Source: Paecilomyces variotii (Eukaryota). Taken from it: a stretch of DNA of 64,000 nt. How positions within the stretch are numbered: the first letter of the stretch is position 1; every line of letters starts with the position of its first letter. The notes under the pieces were generated by a model. The model saw only the letters and a list, made by a program, of their open reading frames with translations. It was not told where the DNA came from and did no database searches. The stretch lies in the NCBI GenBank assembly GCA_004022145.1, contig RCNU01000006.1; one strand, given 5' to 3'. Made by a program: the position numbers and the translations under genes. Below, piece by piece: positions 1 to 12,626 of this stretch.

Positions 1-1868
1 TCGCGCTCTTCGTGCGATGCCAGGGCACCGGCACGAGCAGCAGATGTTCCCAGTGCTACAGTGGCAAGAGATGCTGGCGTACGCTTGTCTCCCTGGGCCA
101 CTTCCGTGGACTCCTGTTCCCGAGAGACTTCCTCGATCTCCATCGAATCCTCAGACTTCATGGGCTCTCCTTCCTTCTCCTTGCCTTTATCTTGAGCCTT
201 GTCACTGCTCTTCTCAATCTGCTTTTGGAGCTCCTTGCGGATCTCCTGCACGGAGCGTCCGGCTGCCGCGGCGGCCACTGCAGGCTCTGCCATCTGTGCC
301 AAAAATGCGACAACAGACAGAACAGGGTTGTCGAGCTGGCTAACCGGTTCTCTTCCGTTAGGAGCCCGGTTTGCGTCTGATGTACCGGGCAGATCGTCGA
401 GATACTTGTCCTCAATCTCTAGTTGCAAGAACTTCATCACACACTCTTCCCGAGTTCTCGTGCCGACATGCTTGGCGATCTGGTCCCAGTTGTCGTCAAA
501 GTTCTCGAGAGCCTCGAGGAGCAGAATCAACTCTGACTCAGACCACGGAGCATCCTTATCGGAGATACCGGTGTGTGGCTTCTCTTCGATTCTCACAAAG
601 TCTGAGGCGCTGTGGCTGGACGGCATGCGACCCTGGAGGAAGCAGTTCGGGCACAGATCGTATTTTGTATCAGAAGCATTGGGGTTTGCTGTAGCAGGAG
701 TCGACTTGGCGTAGTGAAAGCGAAGGCGCGTACAATCGATACCACAAGAGAAGCAGTGGACTTTGCGGCGCGGCTCACGGACGACGCTCTCCAACGACTT
801 GGCTGAAGCCTCGGCCACTGTGCCGTTAGCGGCAGCGCCATCTCCATTCGTCTGCTTCGCCTTGTCTTCGGAGGGAGTGACTTCTTTGCCCTTATCGTCG
901 TAGATATTGCGACGGATCTCGAGGTTGAGATCCGCCTTGCTGGCAGGAGTAGCGGACGCCGCACGGTCAGTGGCAGGCAGAGGCTTTCCAGGAGTAACAA
1001 AGGAGTTCGGTCCCGGCTGGAATGGCTGCAGTCCACGAGGAGTATCGGCTGTGACTCTGAAGTGGCCAGTGAAAGGTGGGCCGATATTCGAAGGCCGCGT
1101 CTGAGGGTCGACCTAGAACAAAAGTTAGACAGGTTTGCGGAGCAGTTGTTCTTGTTATTCTTACCTGGTAATTGATGAGGCCCCATTGTTCGAGGAAGGA
1201 ATGAACACGCATTATAGCGCAAACATCACCCGCCAGATTCCTGCGGCAGGCGGTGACCGTCAAATACTCGACCGGGTTCAATCGGTAGGTGTTGATCATG
1301 AAGTCTCGGTAATCTTTGTAGACTGCAGGAGTCTTGCTTCGGTTACGACCGTTGAAGAACTCTGCCATTGCTTTCTTTTCCAAGGGGTGGATCGTATGCA
1401 TATCGAACCACGATGTGTAACTGGGGAGAATGATGGCATGTGTCTGGGAAACGAGATGCGAACGAGCTGAATCCTCGACGGAGGCCTTGTCCTGTGCGGG
1501 TTGCTCTTCTCCAGCGGCATCTGCAGCTGGCTGCGAACCAGAAGCATCTGCGCTTGCATCCGCTGTGCCATTCTCCTTGCTTGCCGTCTCTGTACCGCCC
1601 ATCTCCTCGTCTTCTGGCTCCGCATCATCATTCTGCGGTCGGGGCGATGCTGGTGCATCCATAGGGTTATCTGATCCCGTATTTTCGGTCTTCTTCACGG
1701 GCGATTGCGATCCTGCATTTCCAGGTCAAAGCTTTAGCAACTATTGCGTTTCAGAGAACGATAACAAGCTAGCGATTACATACCAGAGTCAGCGGGCGCA
1801 TCCTGGCCAGCAGCACCTGCCTGCTCTTTATCAGCAGGGCCACTGGGGATGACGGGGTTCTCATCCAT
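1..1868 (-). CDS. RSC8: SWI/SNF-RSC chromatin remodelling subunit Rsc8/Swi3/Ssr2 (SMARCC family); 3' end runs off the window. Exons 1868-1784, 1712-1165, 1112-<1
   Basis: SWIRM domain ([21 protein letters not shown]...[13 protein letters not shown]...[11 protein letters not shown]) spliced to [18 protein letters not shown], then a ZZ-like Cys region (CFSCGIDC...LCPNCF) and a SANT domain ([42 protein letters not shown]). GT-AG introns at 1783-1713 and 1164-1113 restore the frame. Confidence 0.93.
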
Positions 1869-2584
1869 CGTGGCGCGTTGGGATCTAGATGGGACGTTGG
1901 TCGCAAGTAACGGGAACAGGCTCCTTGCCTGCGATGAGAGACGTCAAGAGTCGTCAAAGCTCTTTGGTGAACAGGACGCAGACGCAGTCAGCAGATGACT
2001 GGCGCTGTAGACCAGGCCGCCAAATACACAGAAGGGGAATGCAGAAGCCCAGGAGGCGGGTGGTGGATGCGGTCTAGATGCGATGTTGCCGGTCACGATC
2101 TGTCGCGAACACGGACAGGAAGCTCCTCGTTCTCCCCAAAAACTCGCGCGGTCGCTGGGGCTGGTGGCGCTAGCCTTATGCGGAATACTCTCCGCCACAC
2201 TTGGCACCAGCCTCACTCCTGCCACTGTAGACTACCTAGGTAGGTATTTCATTACTCTGTGATAGCATCGTAATGCCTTAATACCAAATAAATTATACTC
2301 CCTGTTGTTGGGCTGGAGCCATGTCTCCCTAGAATATCAAATATAAAGCAATGGGAAAGTTATGACCATGACCATGTTGCATTGCCATCTACAGGATGCA
2401 TAGGTATTTACTGTTCAAAGACAGTACGAGAAACAAAGGAATCGATTGCTTGCGACTGAGGTATCATAGCTATCAATCTCGCTCATACATTGAGTGGTAT
2501 TGTATGCCTGGTCTGACACTATCTAGGCAAGACTCTCATATTCTATCGTAAACGTCTGTCTGGTCCCATCTTCCACAATCACGC

Positions 2585-3265
2585 CTATTTCTTAGCAGCA
2601 GCAGCATCAGCAGCGGCCTTCACCTCAGCCTTGTCCTTGAGGACTTTGGCTACGGCAGGACGAGACTTGATGCGGTTCAGCCACTCAGACAGTTTTGGGA
2701 ATTCCTTCTCCAGATCGATCTCGCTGGCAGCCCATGGCACAACCTCGTACCACGGGACGAAGGCAACATCAACATAACTATATTTGCCCCCCACCAGCCA
2801 GTCCTGCTTTTCCAGCACCCTATTCAGGACACCAGACACACGACGGATTTCATTGACGTAGCGGTCCTGTGCGCTCTGGATCTTCTCCGGGTGGAACATC
2901 TTGAACCAGACGGCCTGGCCGAAATAAGGGCCCTGGCCGGACATCTGGTAGTGGAGCCACTGCTTAGCATGGAAGTAGTCGGGCGTGCCGGCCGTGAAGC
3001 TGATCTTCTTGTCTTTGTCGTAGGTCTCCACGAGGTACTCGACAATAGCGCCGGATTCCCACAGCGTGATGCCAGTGTTGGGGTCCTCGATGGCGGGCAC
3101 TCGTCCATTGGGGTTGATCTTTTCAAAGGGCTCCTTCTTCATCTCTGGGAACTCCAGGATCTTGAAGTCATAGGGGACGCCCAGTTCCTCAGCGACCATG
3201 GCCACCTTCCATGGGTTGGGGCCGCCAACGTGGCCGTAAAGAATGATCGGTTTGAGAGATGCCAT
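2585..3265 (-). CDS. Glutathione S-transferase, Ure2p-like class, intronless, 226 aa
   Basis: GPNPWKV N-terminal motif, INPNGRVPAIED, LWESGAIVEYL and QWLHYQMSGQGPYFGQA are characteristic of fungal Ure2/GST-II-like enzymes. Confidence 0.93.
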   Translation of the reverse strand: MASLKPIILYGHVGGPNPWKVAMVAEELGVPYDFKILEFPEMKKEPFEKINPNGRVPAIEDPNTGITLWESGAIVEYLVETYDKDKKISFTAGTPDYFHAKQWLHYQMSGQGPYFGQAVWFKMFHPEKIQSAQDRYVNEIRRVSGVLNRVLEKQDWLVGGKYSYVDVAFVPWYEVVPWAASEIDLEKEFPKLSEWLNRIKSRPAVAKVLKDKAEVKAAADAAAAKK

Positions 3266-4477
3266 TTTGGCTGAAGGCGAGTGGAGGACGAATTAGATGG
3301 GAATTTTGGGAGGTGCTAGAGAGCCGGTGTTATAAAAGAGCAATTAAGTTTGGCCTTTTGTATTTCTGTAAACAGTCTGGAGTTAACCCACGGCGGGGAT
3401 GTTACAGAGCTTATATATGAACCTGTCCACCGCGGGTGATAAAGCTTGGGACGACTACCGAATCCAAGCTGGAAGCAGATCCCCCACCTCCCTGCTCCAT
3501 CTTGATACTCAGAGTATAACTATTGACAAATGGGGTTTCCCCGAGCACAACATGCAGAATGGCCGAGAATTGTCGAGAAGCTTACTCAATCAACGTCCGA
3601 GTCAGCTCCTGAAGCGCAGTGAAGCTAACCTTAAGCTAACCTTCACTTGCTAAGGCGGCATCAATTATTTTCTAATCACGATGACATACTTTGGGTATGG
3701 TACGACGTAGCGTGTAGCAAGTCTTGGTCCGCATCATGATCTGAAAGCAATGACTACAGACCTAATTGGCTCTGCTGGAGGTCCCGAGACGCTTTCCCGA
3801 GACGATTTCCTCCTCGCCTCTTTTATACGTATTTTTCATCATCGGCGGTGTTTGCAATAATTCGGATGCCGAGCAACGCTTGTATATCCCACGTGACTTT
3901 GCGCATTAATAATCCATGGTGATCGCTCCAAAGGACGACTTCATTACTTGCCAAAACGGGAGAAAGCAAGAGGTTTCATGGAACAGTTAGTGGCACATCT
4001 CGTGAAACGAAGCGTCTCTTGGTTGCATATCTGAGCTCTGGTGGTGCTAAGTATTGATTTCAAAGCAGGGTCCACTGAAAAATAGGGCGAAAGGGAATGA
4101 GACTGCAAGAAAAGAATGAATATGGTCAGATCTGACATAATTCAATGGATGTAAGCGGCGGAAGGGCACACAAGGCATATCAGCCCAAAGCAATGAAGTT
4201 GATTCTGTCAAATCGCCTCGTTTAAGGCTTCTATCATTCAGAAACTACGCCGTAGTATCAAAGCCAAGCGTGTTTCTACGTAGTACGTTAGTTATGCACT
4301 ACACCCTAAAGTCCCAGTGGATATATGCTTGATAAATCATAGAACTTCATCAAAGCTCTAAAGAATCGTTTAAATGAATATGATAACTAAGTATTGATCA
4401 AATGCGTGTAGTCGACGCCGTCCAGCTGCGGGGCGGAAGTCAACACTGACAAGGCGTCGGCAAGCCAAAAATTACTT

Positions 4478-4505
4478 GGCGCGTCGATACGCGTTTGTTC
4501 GCGTC
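4478..4505. promoter_or_regulatory. Triple MCB-like (CGCGT) element upstream of CTF18
   Basis: CGCGT at 4480, 4490 and 4500; the middle copy is a perfect ACGCGT. Lies about 120-145 nt upstream of the CTF18 ATG. Confidence 0.65.
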
Positions 4506-4624
4506 AATAGCACCGCTTCGGACAGTGGGATAAGCACCAGTACTCAGATAACACCAAGTGCTTGATGCTGTGCGTTCATTGAGATAGCACCCGTTTCAAT
4601 GATAATGACAGTGTCTATAATCTG

Positions 4625-7600
4625 ATGGCAGCATCATCTTCACCTTTGCTACCATCCTCCTTTGACCCTGCCCTCCACCTACACTCAGAAACACCAGACA
4701 TCGATCTATTGAACGATTGCCCATCTGAGACTTTCGACGACGACATCGAGGCATTACATCTCCAACGGCAGGAGAATCTTCGCAAGGGAATCATTATCCA
4801 GCACCGTGCGTGGAATCTGTCTGATGTTTTCCGGAGCGACGAGGATCTAAGACTTGGTACGCTATTTCAATTTACTGCGCCAGAATCACTATTGTTAGAC
4901 CAGATAGTCTGATATCAGCCAGATACTCCAACAAAGCCTCAAACATTGCAAGAGAACGGTGAATTGGATTTTCTTATTCGGTCAGATCTCGTTTTACCTT
5001 CCTCTCCTCCTACCGTCAAGATGCCCTTCATATCCTCGACAACGGGTCCCCTTCCCGCCTCATCCCCGGGGCTCGAGGCGCAGAAGAGAAAGATTGGGGA
5101 ACCAGAAATTCCCACGGAACCCAAGAGACTGAAAACAATTGGTGGTTTCGTGGAAGATGATGATGAGGATGATATGGATGCTTTCAGGGATGCGAATTTC
5201 CAGAGCGACTTTGCCATCCAGGAGCCCGCGCCAGAACTACTACTCCCTCCGTCTCAAGCAAGCTCACTCCCAGCGGCTACGTCGAGCACGGAGATCCCAG
5301 TCGTGACCAGCTCGGTCTCGAGTCTCCCATTACATAGCGGCCCGACCACGTCCACGCAAATCGAGACCAAATTCTCCATCAAGACCTGTTCCGGGAAGAC
5401 ACACAACGTTCGCGTGAAAAATACTACAGCTCCCATTTCCTATGAAAGGCTCGTTGCGGAGCGATCAACTACTAGCCGATCTGGAGCCCAAAAGAGCTAC
5501 TATGGCATCGAAATTCACAAGCTTATGGACGATGCTGCAAGGGAAACGAAAGAGGAAGGCGAACGCCGCGCACAACCATCTACAGCAGTAAAGCCATCAG
5601 TTGAGGCGCCTTCAGTGAGCACCAACGGCAAGAAAAACGTCAGCCCCCTATGGACTGAGAAGTACCGCGCGCGCAAATTTACAGATCTCATCGGAGATGA
5701 ACGCACACATAGATCGGTATTGCGCTGGCTCAAAGGATGGGACCCGATTGTCTTTCCTAATCTGGCCAGGGCTAAAGCAAAAAAATTAAAGAACGATGAA
5801 CAACAGGAGGTTTTCCACCGCAAAGTCTTACTTTTGACCGGTCCTCCAGGTCTCGGCAAGACGACTCTGGCTCATGTGTGCGCGAGACAAGCAGGTTATG
5901 AAGTTCTCGAGATCAATGCTAGTGATGAGCGCAGTAAGGATGTTGTCAAGGGCCGCATCCGGGATGCTGTGGGAACAGAGAACGTGAAGAGTGTCAACGT
6001 CGAAGCGAATGGCACCACCATTCGCAAGCAAGGACGACCGGTGTGTGTCGTTGTTGATGAAGTGGATGGAGTTGTTAGCGGTTCTGGCGGCAGTGGAGAA
6101 GGAGGCTTTATGAAAGCACTGATCGAACTCGTCCAGCTGGACCAGAAGAACTCTACTTACAGTGGAGAACAGTCTACCACGAGAAGGAAGAAGGTTGACA
6201 AGTTCCGTCTTATGCGGCCTCTGATCCTCATTTGCAATGATGTTTACCACCCAAGCCTTCGACCACTTAGAGCGTCCACGGTTGCTGAGATCATTCACAT
6301 CCGGCAGGCACCATTGGAAAATGTGGTGCAACGAATGAAGACCATCTTCGCGAAGGAGGGGATCCCATGTGACGGAGACGGCGTAAGGCGACTATGTGAA
6401 ACCTCCTGGGGAATAGCAAGTCGGAAAGAAGGGCGTTCAGCTCGGGGAGTTGGCGAGGGTGATATACGCAGCGTCCTTGTGGCAGCCGAATGGATCGCCC
6501 ATAAGCTGAGGGACGCAGGTGGTGAAACGCCCCTGAAACTGAGCCGATCCTGGTTCGATCAGACTCTGATCGAAGATTCTCGGAAGGAAGGCTCTTCGTT
6601 AAGAGGCCTAGGCCGAGGTGGAGTACGTGAGATTGTCGATCGGATCTTCGTTCATGGAGCAGGCTTTCCTGATGCACCTACGGGTGCGGACACCTTCCGT
6701 GATCCTTTCTCTAAAGGGCCTGGAAAGACTCCTGTGGGAGTTGCAGACATCCGTAAGCGCCATGCGATCAATCGCCTGCGGGAGATGGTGGATGCCAGCA
6801 GCGAATATGACCGTTGTGTGTCCGAGTGTTTTGCGTCTTATCCTACACGAACTTTCCAGGACGACACATTCCTCTCGAAACCGAATGCTGCTTATGAATG
6901 GCTCCATTTCCATGACGCGATATCCTCTCGGGTGTTTTCTAACCAGGATTGGGAGCTCAACCCTTATCTCAGCCAGCCTCTATTAGCTTTCCACCATCTC
7001 TTCGCATCGAGCAACGGGGGTGTCGTCAGCAAGGAGCTATTAGGCAACGATGAGGATGAAGAAGAACATCCATTCTCTGGCCCCAAAGCCGATTTTGCAG
7101 CCTTTGAGGCCTTGAAGCAGAATCAAGCAATACTACAAGGATTCCAGTCCTCCTTTTCTCCAGCCCTGCTCAGGCTGTTTCGATCCATGGAATCTTTAGC
7201 AACGGATCTGGTTCCCAACCTTCTCCGGATGTTATCGCCTGATGTGAAGCCGGTCGTGGTGCGAGGCCAAGGGGAGCAGAAGAGCATGGCTAGTGTTCGA
7301 AAAGAGAGCGAGCGCGCTCTTGTACGGTCAGCCACTCGAGTTATGGCCGGTGTGGGTATTACATTTGAGAAGGCCAGAGTGGAAAACGAAGGCGGGGCTC
7401 ATGGCGGATGGATCTACAGAATGGAGCCGTAAGTCCCAGCATAGTAGAAGCTTCCATTGTAGGACAATAATGACTGACCGATCTTCTGATAGGCCTCTGG
7501 ACGTACTCACGTCATTTTCCAAGATCAAAGGAACCTCGATAGCTTCTGGAGGTTCTGCTCCCGTGCGTTATGCCGTTCGACAGGTTCTCGATCAAGAATA

Positions 7601-7907
7601 CCGCAAGGAGACGATGCGCAAGCAGTCAGAGGCATCTCAACTCAAGTACACCAAACCCGGTCGGAAGTCGCGCGATGAGGAAGAGGACAAGGAGAATGCG
7701 AAGTCCGGAAGAAATTCCGGTGCTAAGCGTGACTTCTTTGGCCGAATCATCGAGGAGCCAGTCCCTGGACCAACCAACCGCAAGGATTCTGGAGAACACA
7801 AGGAAACGAAGCAAACAGGGAGCAAGGTGTGGGTTACGTTTCACGAAGGTTTCTCCAACGCTGTGCGTAAACCGATCTCGATGAGCGAGCTGCTCAGCGG
7901 GTTGTGA
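4625..7907 (+). CDS. CTF18: Chromosome transmission fidelity protein 18 (alternative RFC clamp-loader large subunit). Exons 4625-4856, 4923-7428, 7493-7907
   Basis: LWTEKYRA box, Walker A GPPGLGKTT, EINASDERS, Walker B VVVDEVDG, RPLILICND, and the C-terminal WVTFHEGFSNAVRKP motif. Two canonical introns restore the frame. Confidence 0.95.
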
Positions 7908-8776
7908 GGCAAAGATCGTCACTGTTGAACTTATATGATTATGATACCAATTGTCTTTATAGATGTAATATGCATAGCGGTGGATGATATAGGTAGTTAT
8001 AGTAATTGGTTTTACTGCGAATACCAGAAGTTACAAATTTGCCTTTTCTAGTAATGTCGGCACCTGTAGCTTATCTGACGAGCTATCGAACGCTTGCTTA
8101 TTCCTTGATTACCATGGAATCTACCAGATTCCTAGGGTCTACTTTCTTTGATGAAATTGGAATCTAACATGATGAGCCGGGTCCATAGTCTCTGAGCATA
8201 ATCGACTAGGACACAAAGCATCCTCCATCCACATAGATCACATGAACTACACATCGACAATTATAAAAAAGATAAATATATTATTCGCTTCATATATCAT
8301 CATATCATTATGAATTATCCTAGGATCCAATCTCAGGCTCTCCCTCAGACTAGAATACGAACGAAACACAACAATAAACATCCACATTTAATCTCAGTCA
8401 TCTGCGGTATTGATATCCAGACAGAATCAAAGAACATGAAAAGGACACATAAGGGGTATAAGTATCTGTTAGAGGGGACAAAGGAAAGGGAAAGTTAAAA
8501 GGTTATAAAGTAGAAGAAACGGATGAGTTAAGAGGGATGTAAGCGTATCCCGTTGAGGGTTTCCGTCTTCCTCTCTTCTCATCTTCTGTCTTTCGTATTT
8601 AAGATGGAAGAGGGGGACTGGAGGGATAGCTTTCTTTTTGTTTTGTGATCGTGCTGTCGTTGTTGAAGGTGTATTAAACGTCAAGTCGATGATCGTGAAA
8701 GAAGACCCGTTAACTCCGGCGATGTCTCCAATAAGCAAAAGCTTTGTTCTTTGATCCACACTCATTGCAGGAGTGG

Positions 8777-8796
8777 GAATCGAATCGAATCGAATC
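8777..8796. repeat. (GAATC)4 pentanucleotide microsatellite
   Basis: gaatcgaatcgaatcgaatc read directly. Confidence 0.8.
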
Positions 8797-8923
8797 GAGT
8801 CCGAACCAAATCAATAAGACCGCGTTGGCGGTCTCAGAAGAAAGAAAGAATAATCCCCCCCATATCGGTCGTGATTGCATGCGTACATTGGAAGCGAAGA
8901 GAAGTTTGACGTTGCCCAGTCCT

Positions 8924-9148
8924 CTACCGCAGAGCCAGGCAAGTGGCAATAGCCTCGTTATGCACGACTTTCTTTTCCCTCGAGCTCGATCGCTTGGTGT
9001 TCATCATCGGTGAAGTTGTGCTCCTGGTGGACTCCTCGTAGCTGGGGAGAGTAGAGGTAGTGTTGCAGGTCGAGGTGGAGGACCGACGGATCGAGGAGTG
9101 ACTGGAGAATATGTTGAATTTGGAGGATGAAATGTTGTTGGCTGCCAT
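8924..9148 (-). CDS. Candidate 74-aa Ser/Thr-rich microprotein (MAANNISSSKFNIFSS...LPSYEES...VVHNEAIATCLALR)
   Basis: ATG in strong fungal context (catcaaaATGG), TATATAAAA about 70 nt upstream, pyrimidine-rich (CTAC)n leader and C-rich wobble positions. It is the only plausible gene in a ~3 kb gap. No family recognised with certainty. Confidence 0.6.
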   Translation of the reverse strand: MAANNISSSKFNIFSSHSSIRRSSTSTCNTTSTLPSYEESTRSTTSPMMNTKRSSSREKKVVHNEAIATCLALR

Positions 9149-9216
9149 TTTGATGGTTTGGTAATATGGTTGAACCGATAATGGCAGGTAAGGTAGGTAG
9201 GTAGGTAGTAGGGAGG

Positions 9217-9226
9217 TTTTATATAA
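9217..9226 (-). promoter_or_regulatory. TATA box for the 8924-9148 small ORF (a second TATAAAA lies near 9346-9353)
   Basis: Minus strand reads ttatttaTATAAAAcctccctactacctac upstream of the ATG at 9148. Confidence 0.5.
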
Positions 9227-10666
9227 ATAACCCTGATGTTTGGATGGGGGTTCTCGAATATCCGATCTTGTTGTTTGATTATGTATTATTGAATGACAAC
9301 GCTGATAATCACAGTCTCGTGCATCCAAAAGGGGGTAAGCTGGTTCTTTTATATCTGCTGCCTAGGATCTAGATACCAACCAACATCAACGGCCCTTTTT
9401 TTTTTTTTACACACACACACCCTGTAGAAACAAAGGAAGACTTTCCGCGCCCCACAGACCGTCCAGAACTCCCTCGAACTGAGGTAATAATAATATACAA
9501 ACAACATTTACTTCGAAGCCAAAAAAAATGAGTCTGAGGGACGCGAAACAAGCCATGTCGATCCACCCGACCAGCGGAGTCCCGAATAGGTGCCCGCGGA
9601 ATCCATCTTTAGTTCTATCTACCATACGCCAGCGGAATGGGGCCGAGACTCATGGCTTGGCCGTTTCTATGACCTTGCTTTTGGACTCTGGTCTGGGCAT
9701 GTTCGGCCGCCAGTCAGATATTCACGCTGCAGGGAAAACGTGTCGGGATATTTCTACCTTGGTGGTTCGGAATTAGATCACCGCGTGGGGGCTGACGCAT
9801 ACTTACCGCTCGGGGTATATGTATGTATGCATATTTATTTCTGCCTGAGATGAGGTGATAATGCCTTTTTTTCTTTTCTGCATGCTCTAGTTACTCTATA
9901 CGGGTATTATTGCCATAGAGGATTCCTGAACCAATCGACTTCCCGCGTGGCATAATCTATATGTCAAAGTAGAGCTTATAGAAGTGTCTGGACGGTGGGC
10001 CGCGCTATTATTATTCTATGTGACCTTTTTTCCTTTTATTATTTTTTCCCTATTCCCCGTTTTGCCCCAGGTGGTAATCGGATAAAAGTGGAGATTCACC
10101 TACATCTGGATGTAGAGTCGAAAAGTTGTAGAGAGTAACTAATACTTCTTCATAGAATCTGTTCCAAAAAGGCATTTCTTTTCCCTGCCAGGGAAGATCC
10201 TAATCGACCATATCTGCTCACATCAGCATCCCAGCCTCTGTCGTCAGCAACTTTATGATTCAAGGAGCATGAGTCACAAAATACGAGCCTTCAGGGATCA
10301 AGCATCGATACTAGTTAGTAGTAGTACTGTTAAACTGCGGTCTGCTTAACTTAACGGCCTCGGACTAAGTAGGTTCCCCACTTCTTTCCGCGCAGATGAT
10401 ATTTTCTTACTACTCCGAACTCCGAAGTTTCATGCCGTGAGATATTCCGAATAGTTGCTCTCCGAGAAGAAATGCATATCGAGGGGGGGAAGGGTGGTTC
10501 TTTTCTTTTCTTTTATTTTTTATTTTTATTTTTTTTATGTAGATATATATCCCGGAGTCCCTCACGGGCTAAGTAGCTAGATACCAACAACACCGCAATA
10601 ACCAGCGGTACCACAAACTGAGAGTAAAAAGCGAAGATACTGCTACAAGTGGATGTCAGTTTTCCG

Positions 10667-10680
10667 CTTTCCGCGGAAAG
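10667..10680. promoter_or_regulatory. Perfect 14-bp palindrome CTTTCCGCGGAAAG containing a PDRE-like TCCGCGGA core (candidate Zn2Cys6 site)
   Basis: Palindrome read directly. TCCGCGGA is the yeast Pdr1/Pdr3 consensus. Function here is unproven. Confidence 0.35.
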
Positions 10681-11019
10681 GGAACGAACTCGGTGCAATT
10701 AATCCTATTCCATAGCGGGTTAATTTCCTCTCCTTGTGGGGAGGATGAGGATAAGTTTAGGGCTGGACGCGTAAAAGCACTTCATAGTTCAGAGTGAATT
10801 CTGGTTGACTGAGCCACACAACAAGAGAGTCAAAGGACGCATGAGCGACGTTCCGCATTATCTAGGATCAGTTGATATGGAGTATGATTAATAATGACTC
10901 CGGGGTATACGATCCATGTATAGAACCACGCCGAGCTGGCACCCCCATGTATAGTAAATTCCAATCGACAAATCGTCTTATCTAACTCATCAACATCATA
11001 GCTCTCCTCTCCAAAAATC

Positions 11020-12105
11020 TCAATCCATAAAACTCAAATCCTTCACCATATCCAAATCCACCAGCATACTCTCAAATTTCGACTTCGCCATCGTCCAAGC
11101 CACTTTACCCAGAGGAACCCGAAGCGGAACTCGTTCACCACGATTAGCGATATTGAAAATCGCCTCTGCTACATCACGCGGTTCTAGCAGACCGACACCA
11201 CTCTCAAGACCCTTTTTCACGTAGTTTTCGAGCCTTCGCGATGGCATGTCTTCTGTCGCGTATGCGGGGTGAGGCTTGATGATGGCTTTGCTGTGGCTTT
11301 CGAAATTGGTCTTTACGCCACTGGGTTCGATGATGCAGAAGTTGACTATATATATATAGCGTAAGTTGATGAGGAGTTAGTCACGACGATAGATTTTCGT
11401 ATCGACCAGAAACATAGACAGCAATAATTAAATTCAAACTTACTATTCCACTCCGGATGCATTTCTCTCGCTAGAGATTCCGTAAATCCCTCCACCGCAA
11501 ACTTGCCCGCATGGTAATACGCATGGCCCGGAAACGCACACAATCCAGCCAAAGACGAGATATTAAAGATGACACCACCACGACGCTTCTCATCTTGACG
11601 CATAACCGCAATCGCACGCGTAGTCACACGCGCAGTCCCGAAGAACAACGTCTCTATTTCCTGATGCGTTTCCTCTTCCGTTGCGGCTTCGGTGTCACCG
11701 GAGAGGGAGTAGCCGGCATTGTTAACTACGATATCAAGATGGTAGTTCTGTCCGAAGTGCTGCGCGGCGGTGGTGAATGCGGCGTCGACGGAACTGGCTG
11801 ATGTCACGTCTAAGGCGAGCTTGAGGATGTTGGGGTTGTTGTCGGGGAGGTATGAGAGGGTGGATGGGTTGCGGGCTGTGGCGATTAGACGTTGACTTGG
11901 CTTGTTGGCGATGAGAGTGGCTATTTCACGGCCGATTCCTGATGAGCAGCCGGTGACTGTGGAAATAATGAATAGAGGTTTGGTTTAGTTGGTGGTCACA
12001 TGTAGTTTGTGTTTTTTCTGGGATGGAAAAGAAAGTAAGAGCATACTCACTTAGCCAACATGCATCAGATGGAAGGTTGTATGGTTTGGTGTTGACTGGA
12101 TTCAT
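11020..12105 (-). CDS. Short-chain dehydrogenase/reductase (classical SDR). Exons 12105-12051, 11956-11444, 11345-11020
   Basis: Spliced WLITGCSSGIG (TGxxxGxG), LDIVVNNAGY, NISS, catalytic YHAGK (YxxxK) and IIEPSGVKTNF. Two canonical introns. Confidence 0.92.
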
Positions 12106-12626
12106 CTTCAACAATAGGGATACTAGATAGTTGGTATGGTAAATAATTGGACTGGGCCAACACGACGATGAATAGAAATTATATCACTACGGAAGGGACT
12201 TGGGATCTTATATGTGGATTTCAACACAAGTCAAGAAATATGACTGATGCTTAGACTGAAGATTGTCCGGATCGGGGCTTCACTCGATCCCGAATACCGT
12301 ACTTTGGGGGCCTCATGAGATATGGACAGCCGTCTCCAAGGGTTTGTTTCATACGGATAGGCACTAGGTGATACTGTACTTGATATGTCGAAAGACGGAT
12401 CCTGAAGTGGGGGCCATAGGGAGAGTGGAGCCGACATATACAATGCTAAGATCATGGGATTTTCATGTCTTTATTAATTTGGCCTTTTTCTTTCTCATAC
12501 GCTGACGTTCTACTCTAGACAGCGTACGTGGTATACTATAGACAGACATTTCATGCTCAAACGTAAACAAACCTTACCCGCAACTCGAGGACGCAGAAAA
12601 CAACACAAGGACATTGAACGCTTAGT

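Noticed and set aside
8770..8800. GGAATCGAA resembling a reverse tRNA T-loop
   Set aside because: It is part of the (GAATC)4 microsatellite; no GTTC, D-arm or acceptor stem.
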